DNA of 64,000 bases, taken from assembly GCA_951406725.2 (NCBI GenBank), contig OX597817.1, positions 113,832,001 through 113,896,000 of the forward strand, in the 5' to 3' direction. Below the pieces are notes generated by a model that saw nothing but the letters and a program-made list of their open reading frames with translations, was not told where the DNA came from and did not search any database. Origin of the DNA: Octopus vulgaris (lineage: Eukaryota). Both the position numbers and the translations under genes were made by a program. Every line of letters begins with the position of its first letter. Position 1 is the stretch's first letter. This document shows, piece after piece, positions 1-12,827 of this stretch.

Positions 1-1324
1 AACCACATAGCCAAGTTGTTTGTAAGATGAGACTCAATAGGTTGCAGTTTGGCAGCTGCTCTTACCAAGTGCATCACTCTGAATATTAGGAAGAAAATAT
101 TCAAATTGCTCAACTAAGCATATCACTCAAAACAGGTAAAATACTCAAGGACATGTACTCTGCATGAACACCAAACAATAAGGTTGGTACTCACATACAC
201 AATGTAGTGACACAAGAACTATTGATTAATTAAATTTACACCTAAGCGTGACAATTATGGTTAAAAAAGACAGGAAAGACATCCTTGAAATCTTAATTGG
301 AATTAATTCAAAATGGGGAGGCAATTGAGTGATGATCTGTTATGAATTTGAAATTATTGTAAGTATAAATACTAACACAGTCAACTTTTTAGACATTGCA
401 CACAATATTGCTTCAGGGATATATGTCCCTTATAGAAAATGAAACAAAATCATATGCTACATTCACAAAAACTTGGATCATCCCTTTCACTATTCTGAAA
501 AATTTACTTACAAAGTTTTGGAAGAGAATTTCCAAGTCTTCTGATAAAGAGATGTGTATAATCACTGCTTGGTTGTCATTATTGCAGTTTCTAATATGTA
601 AGCAGATCTATAATAATTGTACTTTTATACTCTAATTCATATTAATATGCTTTCTAAGTCAAAATGTTCTGACCATTTCCATTTTATTTTTCATTTCTTA
701 AACCAGATAATTCAGTTGATAATCAGTTCATGTTGCTCAAGTCACAATGGATAGTTAAGAAATAGTGATAATAATAGCTTTAGGTAATAGCATTCATCTT
801 GTGGAAGAGAAACTGACACACTCAGGGATTTCGTTAATAGTACGTTATTTCTTATCTTAGAAGCAATTAAAATATATTTCCCCTACACACAGGAACACAC
901 ACAGATTGTGCTTATGCTTTGGTGAATATTATCAGATTTCTAATTTTTAGCAATGATAAAGAATTCTAGCTTAGGCTCATGGTCACAAAATTTGTGAAGA
1001 AGATACAGTTGGTTTAGTTGTCCCCACGATTTGTACAGTACTAATTTTATCAACATTACTGAGAAGTATAAAAATCCAGGATTTGAACTCAAAATTTAGA
1101 GAAACATAACTTTTACAAAGCATTTTGATGGGTGCTCTATCAATCCTGCCAGCCACTTCAAACACTAGCACACATTTCAAGGAATGTAGGCAATTATATT
1201 TCAAAGGAATGAAGGCAATTATATTAACACCAAAACCAAGAAAGGCACTGTCAATCAGGTTGAATTTCAGTACACTCCTTTACATAGAAACATAAAGGGA
1301 CAAAACTAAGTTCAACAATGTAAT

Positions 1325-1556
1325 AGGAAGGACATCCAGCTGTAAAAACCATGCCAAAACAGAACTCACCAGTGTTGGTGCCACATAAAAAGCACTTAAT
1401 CAACTTTGTAAGGTGATTGGTGTTAGGAAGGGCATCCAGCTGTAAAATCCATGCCAAAACAGATAGTGAAGCCTGGTGCAGTCTTCTGGCTTGCCAGCTC
1501 CTGTCAAACTGTCCAATACATGCGAGCATGGAAAATGGATGTTAAATGATGATGAT
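1325..1556 (+). mobile_element. SINE family C 3' part with (GAT)n tail; internal 100-bp-period duplication
   Basis: AGGAAG(G/A)CATCCAGCTGTAAAA motif at 1325 and 1425; ends CATGGAAAATGGATGTTAAATGATGATGAT; homologous to 56538-56840. Confidence 0.75.
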
Positions 1557-2216
1557 TATAACAATTCTGCTACATTCTTATGTAAGGATAGAACTGTGAG
1601 GCTTTAAGGTGAAAGGATATAGAAAGTGCCATTCCAATAGGCTTCTAGGCTAAGTACTTTTACATTAAGAAGAAAAAAAAATGATGTAGAAGAAAAAGAA
1701 AAGAACTGCCAGAGAATGCAGCCTGAAACCATCATTATATGCCATTATCTTGAATATCTGCTAAGGTGGACTGACAACAAAGCAAACATTGCTGTTAACA
1801 AACAATTTAACAGTTTCAGTAGAGAAAATACCTACTCAGGTTTAATATCTGTATTGTTGATCTGACAAACTTTCACAAAATATTCATAACTGAGCCTGTA
1901 AAACTAATTTATTCTTTCTTTCTACAGACAACAAAAAGGAAATGTATCTATCATACTGTGTATATCATAACCTATATACTAAATCAGTTAGTTGAAACAG
2001 TTGTCACTTCTCATGTACAAAATCATTTTCTGCATGAAGATGAAGACTTCAAAAAAAGAAGAAAAAAAGGTAAACAATATTTTTACTTGAAGAGGCTTAA
2101 TTATGTTAAAGAAAAACCCAGGAAGGATCAATCTTCTGCTACATAGTAGTAATAGTACTACTGATAATGGAGGTGTGGTAGTGCTGCTGTAACAACAACA
2201 GCTACTACAGCTATTT

Positions 2217-3260
2217 ATAATAATAATAATAATCCTTTCTACTATAGGCACAAGGCCTGAAATTATGGGGGAGGGGACCCTGTCAATTACATTGACCCCA
2301 GCACTCAACTAGTATTTGTTTTATTAACCCCCAAAAGGATGAAAGCAAAGTCAACCTCAGCAGAATCTGAACTCAGAATGTAATGCCAGGAGAAATGGTG
2401 TGAAGAATTTTGTTCAATGTGCTAACAATTCTGCAAGCTTGCCACCTTAACAACAATAATAATATAATTACTTCTAATATAGACACAAGGCCTAAGATTT
2501 GGTAGTGGTAGGGGTTAGCCGATTTCATCAAACCCAGTGCTAAGCTGAATCAACCATGAAAGGATGAAAGGCAAACTTGACCTCAATAGCATTTGAACCC
2601 AGAGCGTAAAGACGGATGTAATGCTGCTGAGCATTTCGTCCAGCATGATAATAATTCTGCCAGCTTGCTGCCTTGATGGTGATAATAATGGTAATAACAA
2701 TCTCAAATTTGACACAAAGCCAGCAGGAGTTGGCTGCATCAACCCCAGTGCTCAACTGGTACTTACTTTATCAACCCCAAAAGGATGAAAGGTAAAGTTG
2801 ACCTCAGTGGAATTTGAATTCAGAACGTGAAGACAGATGAAACGCTGCTAAGCATTTTGTCAGGCATGCCAACGATTCTTGTCAGTTCACTGCCTTATCC
2901 TCATAAATGATAATCCTTTCTACTAAAGGTATAAGATCTGAAATTTTTGGTGAGGAGACTAGTCAATTACATCAACCCCGAAAAGATGACAGGCAGAATC
3001 AACCCTGGCAGAATTTGAACTCAGAACATTTAAGACAGACAAAATACATTTTGTCTGATATGCCAACAATTCTGCTAGCTCACTACTGTTTTCTTCTTAT
3101 TCTTATGATAATAATAATAATGATAATAATGGTTTTAAATTTTGGCACAAAGCCAGTGAGTTTGGGAGAGGGGCTATGTCAGTTAAATCAACCCTGGCAC
3201 AAGGTCACAAATTCATAGGGAAAAATATTCAATTAAATTGAGCACTGTATTTTACAGGTA
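2217..3260 (-). mobile_element. Head-to-tail array of about 5-6 copies of tRNA-derived SINE family B separated by (AAT)n
   Basis: Units at about 2217-2448, 2455-2674, 2682-2896, 2907-3088 and partial 3105-3260; near-complete units carry variants of AAGGATGAAAGGCAAAGTYRACCTC...TTTGAACTCAG; minus strand has B-box-like GTTCAAATTC and A-box-like TGGCAGAAT. Confidence 0.85.
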
Positions 3261-3665
3261 TATATATATATATATATATATATATGACAGGTCCTGTGTG
3301 AAGGAAAGTAGAAAGCAGTAGGATTTTGACAATATTGTTAAGTTCACCATCATCACCACCACTACTCTTACAACTACTACTATTACAAAGAACAACTACA
3401 ACTTCTGTTATCTAATCACTGTAAAAGATATTTAGTTTTAAATGCTGCTCAGTGCAAATATAGAAATCTTACATAATTACACAAGCCTTTCAACAAATGA
3501 CGCTGAATATGATGACAGAATTCAAAGCTTTTTATATTTGGCTTTTTAACTTAAAGAAAAGATACTATCAATATACGTGTGTGTTTAACAAAATAGTTTC
3601 ATTTTTAATTTTATCCGAAAGAGAAATAAGCAGTTAGTGTGTATGTGGGGCATAACAAGTTTTGC

Positions 3666-3760
3666 TTAACTTTGTTTTGAATAGTCTGTGGCGGCTGCCA
3701 CAGGAGGCTGTCGATTCCTGCAACTCATGCAGCAGACTGAAATGCTGCTACATAGAACTG
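3666..3760 (-). CDS. Candidate terminal exon (xVLCSSISVCCMSCRNRQPPVAAATDYSKQS*)
   Basis: T-rich tract plus TAG/CAG acceptor at 3763-3758, GC-rich island with CpGs, 30 open codons to TAA; no recognised homology. Confidence 0.25.
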
Positions 3761-4602
3761 CTAGGATATTCAAAAACATACAAAAAAAAAAGTAATAATA
3801 ACAAGGAGAAGTGAAAGAAGCAAAGGAATTCTGAGAACTGAAACAGGGAGGAATGGGGTTTGGCTGTTAAATGCTTTAAACAGAAATGTTTGGTGGCAGA
3901 ACTAAACTGAGAATGCAGGAAGGGATCAGAAACATTAAAAAAAAAAAAAAAAAAAAAAAAATCAGTGGGTAGGATGAATGTTACTACAGATGAGATTAGT
4001 TTAGAAATAAACCCATTTGGATGAATTTGTTGTCAGAAGTGTAAGTCTTTTATTCCTCATGAAGGGAATCCATTTCAGCAGCTTTTAATCTGAAAAGCAT
4101 CATTAATGAACAGCTATTGTTACAAAGACTAAACCTTGTACTATGACATCAATCATGAGAAGCAGCTTTAAATTAAAACCATGTATTTTTTCTACTCTTT
4201 TTTTTTTTTTTTTTTTACATTTCCACATATTATTTTCATATTTAAAAGGAATAGCTTTTTTGTGTTTTTTTTTTCTTCTTGTTACTGGTTTCTTTTTAAT
4301 TATCATTCAATTCCTAAGTCTATTTTGGAAAATTTGAAAGAAGAATAATTGATAAATCAGTTCATGGCATCTAAGAATTTCAAAGTAAAGAATGACTGAC
4401 ATGACATAAAAGAATTCTTTAAATATTTTCATCTTTAGATAACTAGTTCTCTCTGTCATTGATTAATGAAATAATATGCTCTAATGTTAATGCTGTTTTA
4501 CTGCAACACACTTGTAATCAGATAATGGCAACAAATGAAATGGAATGTGAATAAAATTCTTGTTAAGCAACATGTTTTGCTATCCTGATTTTTCTTTATC
4601 TG

Positions 4603-4871
4603 TATTCTTTTCACCTATTACTGGTTTTCAGTCACTGAACTGTGGCCATGCTGGGGTACCAGCCTGAAGGGTCTTTTAGTTCTTTTATTCTTTTACTTGT
4701 TTCAGTCATTTTACTATGGCCATGCTGGAGCACCACATTAAAGGGTTTTTTTTAGTCAATGAAATCAACTCAAGGACTTATTCTTCATAAGCCTAGTACT
4801 TATTCTATTGGTCTCTTTTGCTGAATCACTAAGTTACGGGGACGTATACACACACACACACATATATATAT

Positions 4872-4937
<66 letters not shown>

Positions 4938-4951
4938 ACACAAATGATATA

Positions 4952-4995
<44 letters not shown>

Positions 4996-5140
4996 GGGCT
5001 TCTTTCCTTTCCATTTACCAAATCCACTCACAATGCTTTGGTTGGCCCAAGGCTATAGTAGGAGAGAGACACTTGCCCAAGGTGCCACACAGTGGGAATG
5101 AACCTGGAACCATATGGTTGGGAAGCAAGTTTCTTCTTAC
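4603..5140 (-). mobile_element. SINE family A with expanded internal (CA)/(TA) microsatellite, plus an extra 3' fragment at 4603-4680
   Basis: Reverse complement of 45385-45800: TTACTTGTTTCAGTCATT...GGCCATGCTGG tail and ACACTTGCCCAAGGTGCCAC...GAACC...ATGGTTGGGAAGCAAG head; microsatellite at 4847-4995. Confidence 0.85.
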
Positions 5141-6583
5141 AATGATTATATTAACTTCAGGGCTTTTCTCCATCTTGTGCTTATTTTATCAAATTTACAC
5201 TTACTGAATCACTATTTTTTTGTTGCACAATCAAAGCAGAACAACTTGATATATCAGTAAACAGGATACATACACAAACATATGCACATATAAACAATAG
5301 GCTTCAGCACAATTTCTGGCTAACAAATTCTACTAAGGCTGTGCCGTGCAGTGGGATTAAACCAGAAACAATATGGCTGCAAAGTGAACTTCTTAACTAG
5401 CTATATCTGCATCTTATATTTATATTTATTATATTCTAAGAATATGGCACTGAGCACTAATATTCTTTCTAACAGAAGAAATGATACTGGAATTGCTAAG
5501 TATAATTGCTAATTCTTGTATAAATAAGTAGAGAAAACATCATTCCTTAACAACCAAACAATAAAAAAAATATATAAAAACATGAACCTAAATGCTATAA
5601 GCAATAATCTGAACAGAAAAGTACAAATGCTTACCAATTGCCTGTAAATGATTATTGGAAAGTTACCAATATGTACTTGTTATTTTTTTAAGACAATTCA
5701 AAATCCCACTTAATGCAAGAAGGGAAATAGTGCAAAATATAGCAAAGGTCAGACATTAAAAAAAATGATTAATTAAAAAAAAAGTAATAATTGTGATACA
5801 CACACACACTCAGAATAAAGTGGTTAAGATGGTCTCTTTGGAACTGTGTAGTTCCAGGTCTGGTCCTACTGGATTGTACCTTGGATAAGTATCTTCTACT
5901 GTTAACATCAGTTTGACCAATATTTTGTAAGTGGAATTAGGTAGAAGAAACCCAAGAAAAAGCAATCTAAGAAACCCAACAAAACACACACACACACACA
6001 CACATACCTACATACATACATACATACATAGTATGTGCCTACCTGTATTATTCATGTTTGCATTTACTTGTATAAAACCAGTATTACATGAAAAAGTGAA
6101 AATTAGGAATTTCACAAATATACATTGGATAAAATAAGTACAAAGCTGAAATGAGTACTGAGGTCAAGGTAATCAAGTAAAATGCTCAAAGATGGTGCCC
6201 CAGCATGGCCACAGTCCAAATACTGAAATAAGGAAAAATAATCTATATACAGGTACAACAACTTTCAAGACAGTGATGGTACAGAACACCTTATAATATG
6301 TACAGATTTATGAGCAGTAACTTCAAATTCCAGCAGCTACCACTCTACTTTAGTGGTGCCTTATACAAATTAATACCTTGTACAGTACCATTTTAATAAA
6401 CTTGTATTATTTATTATTAGTGTACAATTATTTGTATTTTATTTAATCATTTAAGTAAATTTAATATTTTTTTCATTTAGAGTATGACCACCTTTGGTTT
6501 GTGATATGATGAGCTTGCTTTCTTTAGTGGCATTAATTTGTGAATATACAATTGTATAGTATAATGTTAAATAAACATATTAA

Positions 6584-6799
6584 CCCTTTAGCATTCAGAT
6601 AACTTTGTCAAGATACTTATTTATTCACTTTGTTTTAAATTTATCATTCATTATCTCATAGCTTTAAGAGTTTGATGAAGAGATTGTGTATTTTTAGAAT
6701 GACATTGTAGGCTACATGCAAGAGACCAGGTATGTCCAGTCTAAACATAAAACAGGTACTATATCTGGGCTGGATATAACCAGTTTAAATGCTAAAGGG
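6584..6799. mobile_element. piggyBac-like MITE, family 1
   Basis: TTAA|CCCTTTAGCATT ... AATGCTAAAGGG|TTCA: 12-bp perfect TIR starting CCC with TTAA-type target; three more copies in the window. Confidence 0.8.
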
Positions 6800-7553
6800 T
6801 TCATGCACATATGTAAGCATGTTTTCTTGCATACTGAAATTAATATTACATGGAAAAGGTTGTGAAACAGCCATAATCCTATGGAAGTCACTCAGTTGCA
6901 TAAATATATATTCAACTCTCAAACCTCTTGACTTTGTATGTATGTGTTTTTCTCTAACATAACATACCATATGCTACCATTGAAAAATGTAATATTTATA
7001 CCTTCTCCTTAACTTACAACCTGTGCGACTTATGACCACAAAAAATAAATAAATAAATAAACTGATTTTTGGACACTGGCCAGCTACACATACGATAACT
7101 ATGGCAGCATCTGGCAACACAGGCTTCCCTCAGACTCAGGCATTCACTGCCTGCTACTGTCTCTCACTCAGTTGCTTTCAAGCATCAGTTGTGTTTCAAT
7201 GAAAATAGTGTTCAAAAATATAAATCCAACATACAACCAGATGGACTTATGAGCTGTCATTTGGAACAGAACTCAGTTGTAAGTCAAGGAGAAGGTGTAT
7301 ATGTTAAAATATTGATGTTTTCAAACATATACAAATCTGAGATGCCACAACATTGTTGCAATCCAAAGCTTTGTGTCAATCACTAGCAACATTGCTTAAG
7401 CAGAGTTCTGCATCAACTGTTAACTAGTAGTTAATGCAAAACCCTGAGTAGCAGCAGTTTGCTATCTCATATTTCAATCACTGCCTCACTGTTGCTACCA
7501 TCATTCTCATTTACCCTACAGCTACAGTATTCTGTCAAATTCTACCCTGTGTG

Positions 7554-7664
<111 letters not shown>

Positions 7665-8234
7665 TCCACAAATTATGTAGCATTAAACCATGTTTAATCT
7701 TTGAAAACTTGACACATGGGAGAAAGTATGTGGGTGTGTACATATTCCTTGTTCCTAAGATAAGTTGCTATGATGTCATTGTTCCCTGGGGATAATACAC
7801 AAAAGTAACTTTCCATTGGATTGCATTCTTCAGATAGGCATAACGCCAGACATTTATCTATTGCTGCATATACAGATATCTATCTATCTGTATTTATCTA
7901 TATAGACAGATATATATAACTATCTGCATTTAACTCTGTATGTGTGTGTGCGTGAGCGCGCATGTATATACTTTCAGGCTGCAAGTCAAATGAAAAATAT
8001 TCTAAAACTGAAACCAATTCATTAGTGTATTTTTCTTGCCAAATTTTGCTGCTATTCTGTGGCATTTTCCATCACAGGTGTCCCACATACACACATATTT
8101 TCATACATTGGTTTGGTTCTAAAAAAAAGTCTTGATATTTCCATTTCTATGAACTGTCAGGACAACTTTTGCACAAAATGTATTATCCTCTACTTTACAG
8201 TCTCAGCATAATGTTAACCATTCCATTATAAATT

Positions 8235-8640
8235 AGGTCTGGTAGAATCTAAATTGCAATATTGACAGACTAAAATGTCTCTACAAATAAATATAATTGA
8301 GGAAAACCGATTGAACAGTCACAAATGTACCTGCATATATGCAACAAGAAAACAGGAAAAGTGAAGCAGAAATATATAGATTAAAAAAAAAAGAAGATAG
8401 CCAGATAGTCAGCTGAAAAGGTGTGAAATACATTGTTACTAAGAAACATTAATACTGAAACTAGAAAGAAACTATGACTATGTTGTGTACAATCCACTCT
8501 ACTACACAGAAGTGAAACATGAAGAGTGACAAAAGGAGAGAACACAAAACCAATGATGAAGTACTGAAAACTAACAAAAATTGAGAGAATTTTATGAGAC
8601 AAAGTTTATAGAATTATATGGACAATATCTAGAATTGTAC
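8235..8640 (+). pseudogene. Highly decayed RTE-clade LINE ORF fragment (end of RT / post-RT region)
   Basis: Frameshifted peptides IEQSQMYL, QENRKSEAEI and RNINTETRKKL*LCCVQSTLLHRSET* follow the RTE motifs IEQVxxFxYLG, DGxSxxEI and CYVxSTLLYGSETW in order. Confidence 0.6.
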
Positions 8641-9420
8641 GCACTTAAAAACTCAGTGAATGTATAAGGAGAGCACAAGGAAGATCAAAATAGCAATCTA
8701 TGGTATTCAACACAAGAACAGATGACACCTGATGATGAAAGGATTCCAAGCCAGCAAGGAAATCTCTCTGTAGTTGTTCAATCTTCCAGAAATAGCAGCT
8801 AAGTAACTCTCAAATAAGGCCCTCCTGACTTAGAAAAGAAGATATATTGTACCTGAAAACTCATACCATGTATTCTATTCCCAGTGTGCAATCTAATACA
8901 AGAGAAGGGAGATTGATTTGCAATTCGCTAACACTAAACTGAGTTCCATTTATGCAACAGGCTACAAATTATTTTGAAGATCATCACATTTCAACTCTCA
9001 GTTAATAATACATTAAGGAAGAACAACAATTGCTGCCATCATTGTCATCATTATTGTAATGTAGAGTGAAGTGGGCAACAAATAATACAGCATTACATCA
9101 AAGACAATTCAGTATTTCAGGGCCTTCTATGTTTAACTTTCAAGTTCAACTTTGTCAAGATCAATGAATCAAATATTAGTCCTGTACTGAGGGCAAGTAA
9201 ATATGGTCATGCATCAAAGTTTAAATTCAATATTTTATACGAGAAATGAAGAAGATTATCATGACAATACTGAACTAAATATATCACAATATTACATTAT
9301 GATTATTTATTCAAAATCCTGAAATATTTTACTTTTATTGTTCCTCCATGGTCAATAATATATTACCAATGTTATTGAGGAAATTAGTTGAAAAATTTAA
9401 CTTGTGTTTAATGAATTGTG

Positions 9421-9500
9421 TTTTATGTCTGATGAAGGCTCTAAAAGTTATAAAAACTTTAAACGAAACAATTTTTTTACATTTCTTGTCAGAAAGAAAA
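9421..9500 (+). ncRNA. Degenerate type I hammerhead-ribozyme-like motif
   Basis: CTGATGA 9429-9435, internal hairpin AAAGTT/AACTTT, GAAACAA 9465-9471 pairing with TTGT followed by C (GUC triplet, 9488-9490); stems I and II imperfect. Confidence 0.4.
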
Positions 9501-9691
9501 ACTGGTGCTTACCTTGTAAATTTTTTTAAAATAATGAATAATTAAGAAGAGTAGGTGTAAAATCCACTACTGAATAAATAGGAGATCTTGGTTTATATTG
9601 TATGGACAACCTTGTGTTGTTTGGATTTTGGTAATCACTGAAAAAATAAAGAAATACATTATTAATGTCAGTCAGATATATATATATATAT

Positions 9692-9724
9692 ATGAAAAAT
9701 CCACCAGAATGGACGAAAGCGCTA
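9692..9724 (+). ncRNA. Degenerate minimal hammerhead-like motif (Penelope type)
   Basis: ATGAAAA (2 mismatches to CTGANGA), stem TCCA/TGGA, GAAA, palindromic GCGC, then TA. Confidence 0.4.
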
Positions 9725-9866
9725 ATATATGATATAAGTTATATGATGTATAAAAACATGTAATATACAAATAAATATCTGTAAATATAAAACCATCTGA
9801 AATTCTGAGTACCTTATTTCTTCTAATATATATATATATATATATACAGGTTTCATACGGGTATAA

Positions 9867-10238
9867 ATATGCCTCAAGCATATTTAAACTGGCAACAAGT
9901 TTGTATTTCAACAGATCACTGCTAAACGCTTTCATCCTGTATTTTATTTACACCAAGCAGCCAACTAATGCAACCAGTCACTATATGATGATGGGTATAC
10001 AATAAGAGGGACCATGCTATCTTATCAGTTCACAGAATTTGCCTATCCGGTTTCTGGTACTGAAGAGGAGATAACCACACTGAATGCATACACCCACTAG
10101 TCTGCTTAGGGAATGCTGCAGACTGACTCTGTATTTACACCTATCTGTCTACAGTGAGAAATTTTCTTCATGGCAAAATACAGTGGATGACTTTCTTACA
10201 GGTTCAGATATGCCTTGAGCATATTTGAACTGGTAACA
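9867..10238 (+). mobile_element. 341-bp-period unit with 31-bp terminal direct repeats and a decayed hammerhead (retrozyme or Penelope pLTR-like)
   Basis: ATATGCCTCAAGCATATTTAAACTGGCAACA (9867) vs ATATGCCTTGAGCATATTTGAACTGGTAACA (10208); CTGAAGA-GGAG...CACT-GAATGCATA at 10060-10090; (TA)n on both sides. Confidence 0.45.
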
Positions 10239-10239
10239 G

Positions 10240-10270
<31 letters not shown>

Positions 10271-10812
10271 ATGGCATTGCTGGTGGTGTAGGAGGAGGAT
10301 CTGGTATTTCTGGATGAAGATTCAGTGGTTCAACCAACCAAGTCAACATGCAAGTGGTTGAGTATCCAACAGACAAGAGTATCTTTAACATAATTCTCAA
10401 ACAGAATGACAATGAAGCAAATTCTTCTTTTGGGTATGATAAAGACAACAGTAAGAACAGAGCAAAAAACAAGTCAAGAGATGTCACAGTAAGAGAGGAA
10501 ACATGACAACTCAATGATAATTCAAGAAAGTTGTGGATTTTGTTCATATCAATAAAATTTATGAAATAAATACTAATATGCTGGAATCATTTCTGAATAA
10601 TTAGGGTGCACCTATCCACCTAAAATCTGCAGTTAAGCTAGTTTTTTTTTCTTTATCTTTTTCTTTTAATCTGTATTATAAAGTTGTAATGAACTATTTC
10701 TCAGTCTCCATTCTAAACTTCCCAAAAATGAGAAAAAATCTTAGTAATTGTTAAACTATAAACAAATTCCATTGAAGAATATTTCAGAGTAAATGACTAA
10801 AAGAGATAGTAC

Positions 10813-10916
10813 CTAATATGGTCATGTGACACAGGTTTGGCAGCCGGTGCGAATGTGTTGTTGAAGTCTAAGAGCACTATATCCATTACCATTACAAAAT
10901 CATAACAATGAATGAC
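10813..10916 (-). CDS. Candidate internal exon (VIHCYDFVMVMDIVLLDFNNTFAPAAKPVSHDHI)
   Basis: Perfect branch point TACTAAC at 10951-10945, CAG acceptor, one open frame, AG|GTACTA donor; no recognised homology. Confidence 0.25.
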
Positions 10917-11551
10917 CTGAACACATGGTTTGTTTGATCGACACGTTAGTAAACACACACATTCACAAATATATGTCTATGTAACAGAAGACAACCTGAA
11001 ACATGAAGTGGGATACTTTGAATATTTTTAGCACTTATATTCTTCTTGTCACTACCAAACACTATCAGGTTTAACACACATTTTTCAACACAATTTCTTT
11101 TTTTTTTTTTTACATGGTTAATAGGTGTTTTGTTTCTCATGACCAATAATGTAGTAAGGTTTTACTTACTAATAAACTAAGATAAGTTGCGGAAGATATA
11201 GACAGATATAGAGCCACAGCTGTTACGTGTAATATAAGAAGGATAATTATTAGAGCTCTGGGAGAGATATAATGCCTCAATGTATCAAATGGACTTCTTC
11301 AGTCAGAGAAGCTAGGGCTAAACAAGTAATATGATTTACTGTTTAAAGATTTCTGAGTTGATGAATGTAAGAAAATAAATATAAGTAATGTTGCCCTTTA
11401 TATATTAGATTAACATAACCATTGAACATTCATAGAGTTATTGAAATGATAATCATGATATTTCAAATGAAATATAATATACTATGTGTATTTGGAAAAT
11501 AATAGAGAATTTAGATGGATTAAGTAAAGTAATTTAAACATTTATTGGATA

Positions 11552-11725
11552 TTGTTGTTGGTGTTTAATCTAAGGTGAAACATAATTAAGCAGATCTATG
11601 ATAAAAGCATCCCTCTGTTTTTTCATCCAATGTGTCCATATTTTTTAGAAGATGATAAGGTGAAATTTGAGGGGAATTTGGCTACTATTTTTAACAGGTT
11701 GAACAACCATGTAGCAGGTCTCTCA
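11552..11725 (-). mobile_element. Old SINE-like family E, (CAA)n-tailed
   Basis: GCAGATCTATGATAAAAGCAT...TTTGAGGGGAATTTGGCTACTATTT shared with 51807-52020 and 59933-60115. Confidence 0.6.
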
Positions 11726-12827
11726 TAAAGCTGGTGTTTAGAACATTAAACAGAAACTGTACAAGTGGCAAATTGCAGACACTACCAGTTACTCCTTTTT
11801 AGAAACATCGAGATACCTTCTCTACCGTCGATATGTAGCTGGTCCTTTCCTCTTGTGTATGCATGTATGGTTGTGTGTGTGTGTGTATATATATATATAT
11901 GAATGTATGTATGTGTGTGTGTAAGAGAGGAGAGAAAAATTTTTTAAAAAGTTGTTAAATGAATCTTTGATTGCATAATAAATGAAAATTGATTAACAAC
12001 CGAATTAACAGCATTTTTGTTGCTATTGTTAATAAAATTGTTTTCCAACCCAACACAAGGTAGACAAAACAATAGCATATTAATAACAAAATTCATTTGA
12101 AAACACACACACAAATTCAAAAATAAATAAATAAAAGTGAAAAGTAAAATGTTAGAAGAAAAAGAAAACTTAATATTTCAAGCTGTGTACTTTACTGAAG
12201 AATCAGAAAAGCTTTTCTTCTTGTCCTGATGTCTCCTTTTCTGTTGCAGACCACCATTATTTCCTTACATTATAGCTTGTCACTTATAATTACAGCTACT
12301 CAAGATTTTGTATCATTTAAGTAGTTAGGATTTTATATTATTTATTTATAATTTTTCTTTTTCTTTTTTTTTTAGTTAAAAAACTAAGGAATTTATTCTA
12401 GAAAATTTAGCAGTTATAGCAGTAGTGAGTGAAAATAACAAAAACAATAAAGAATCATCTTTGCTTTTTTTTTTTTTTTTTTTTGAAAAAGAAAAATCAA
12501 ATCCTTTGTATCTATCTTAATTGTTGCTGTTGGCATTCCCAAGTGTTGCAGGGAGTGGGGATGGATACGATTTGTATAAGACTTGTAATATCTGTTGATG
12601 TCTAATAATCACTAAGATAGATTAAAAACGTTTACGCTAGTTTGCCACAAGAACACAGTACAGTAGAATATGAGCAGAACAAATGGGAGAAATTACATTC
12701 AATACATGAAAAAGTGTTTATCTGTTTGTTTGATGCTCAAGATTCACTCACTCCCTTGCAGCTCAGAGGGCCTTGTGAAAATATCAGGGTACTGATGGAA
12801 TCATCAGCTCTGAACAAATGTGTAATA

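Noticed and set aside
1176-1225. 25-bp tandem duplication; similar 31-bp duplication near 35200-35251
   Set aside because: Real but ordinary slippage products with no sign of function
2217-3260. CRISPR-like repeat-spacer array
   Set aside because: Units are diverged ~220-bp SINE copies in eukaryotic DNA; no unique spacers or cas genes
8270-8330. Minus-strand exon YICDCSIGF (EGF-like or Frizzled TM7-like) after a strong pyrimidine tract
   Set aside because: The tract is the reverse complement of a purine-rich RTE LINE fragment on the plus strand, so the resemblance is coincidental
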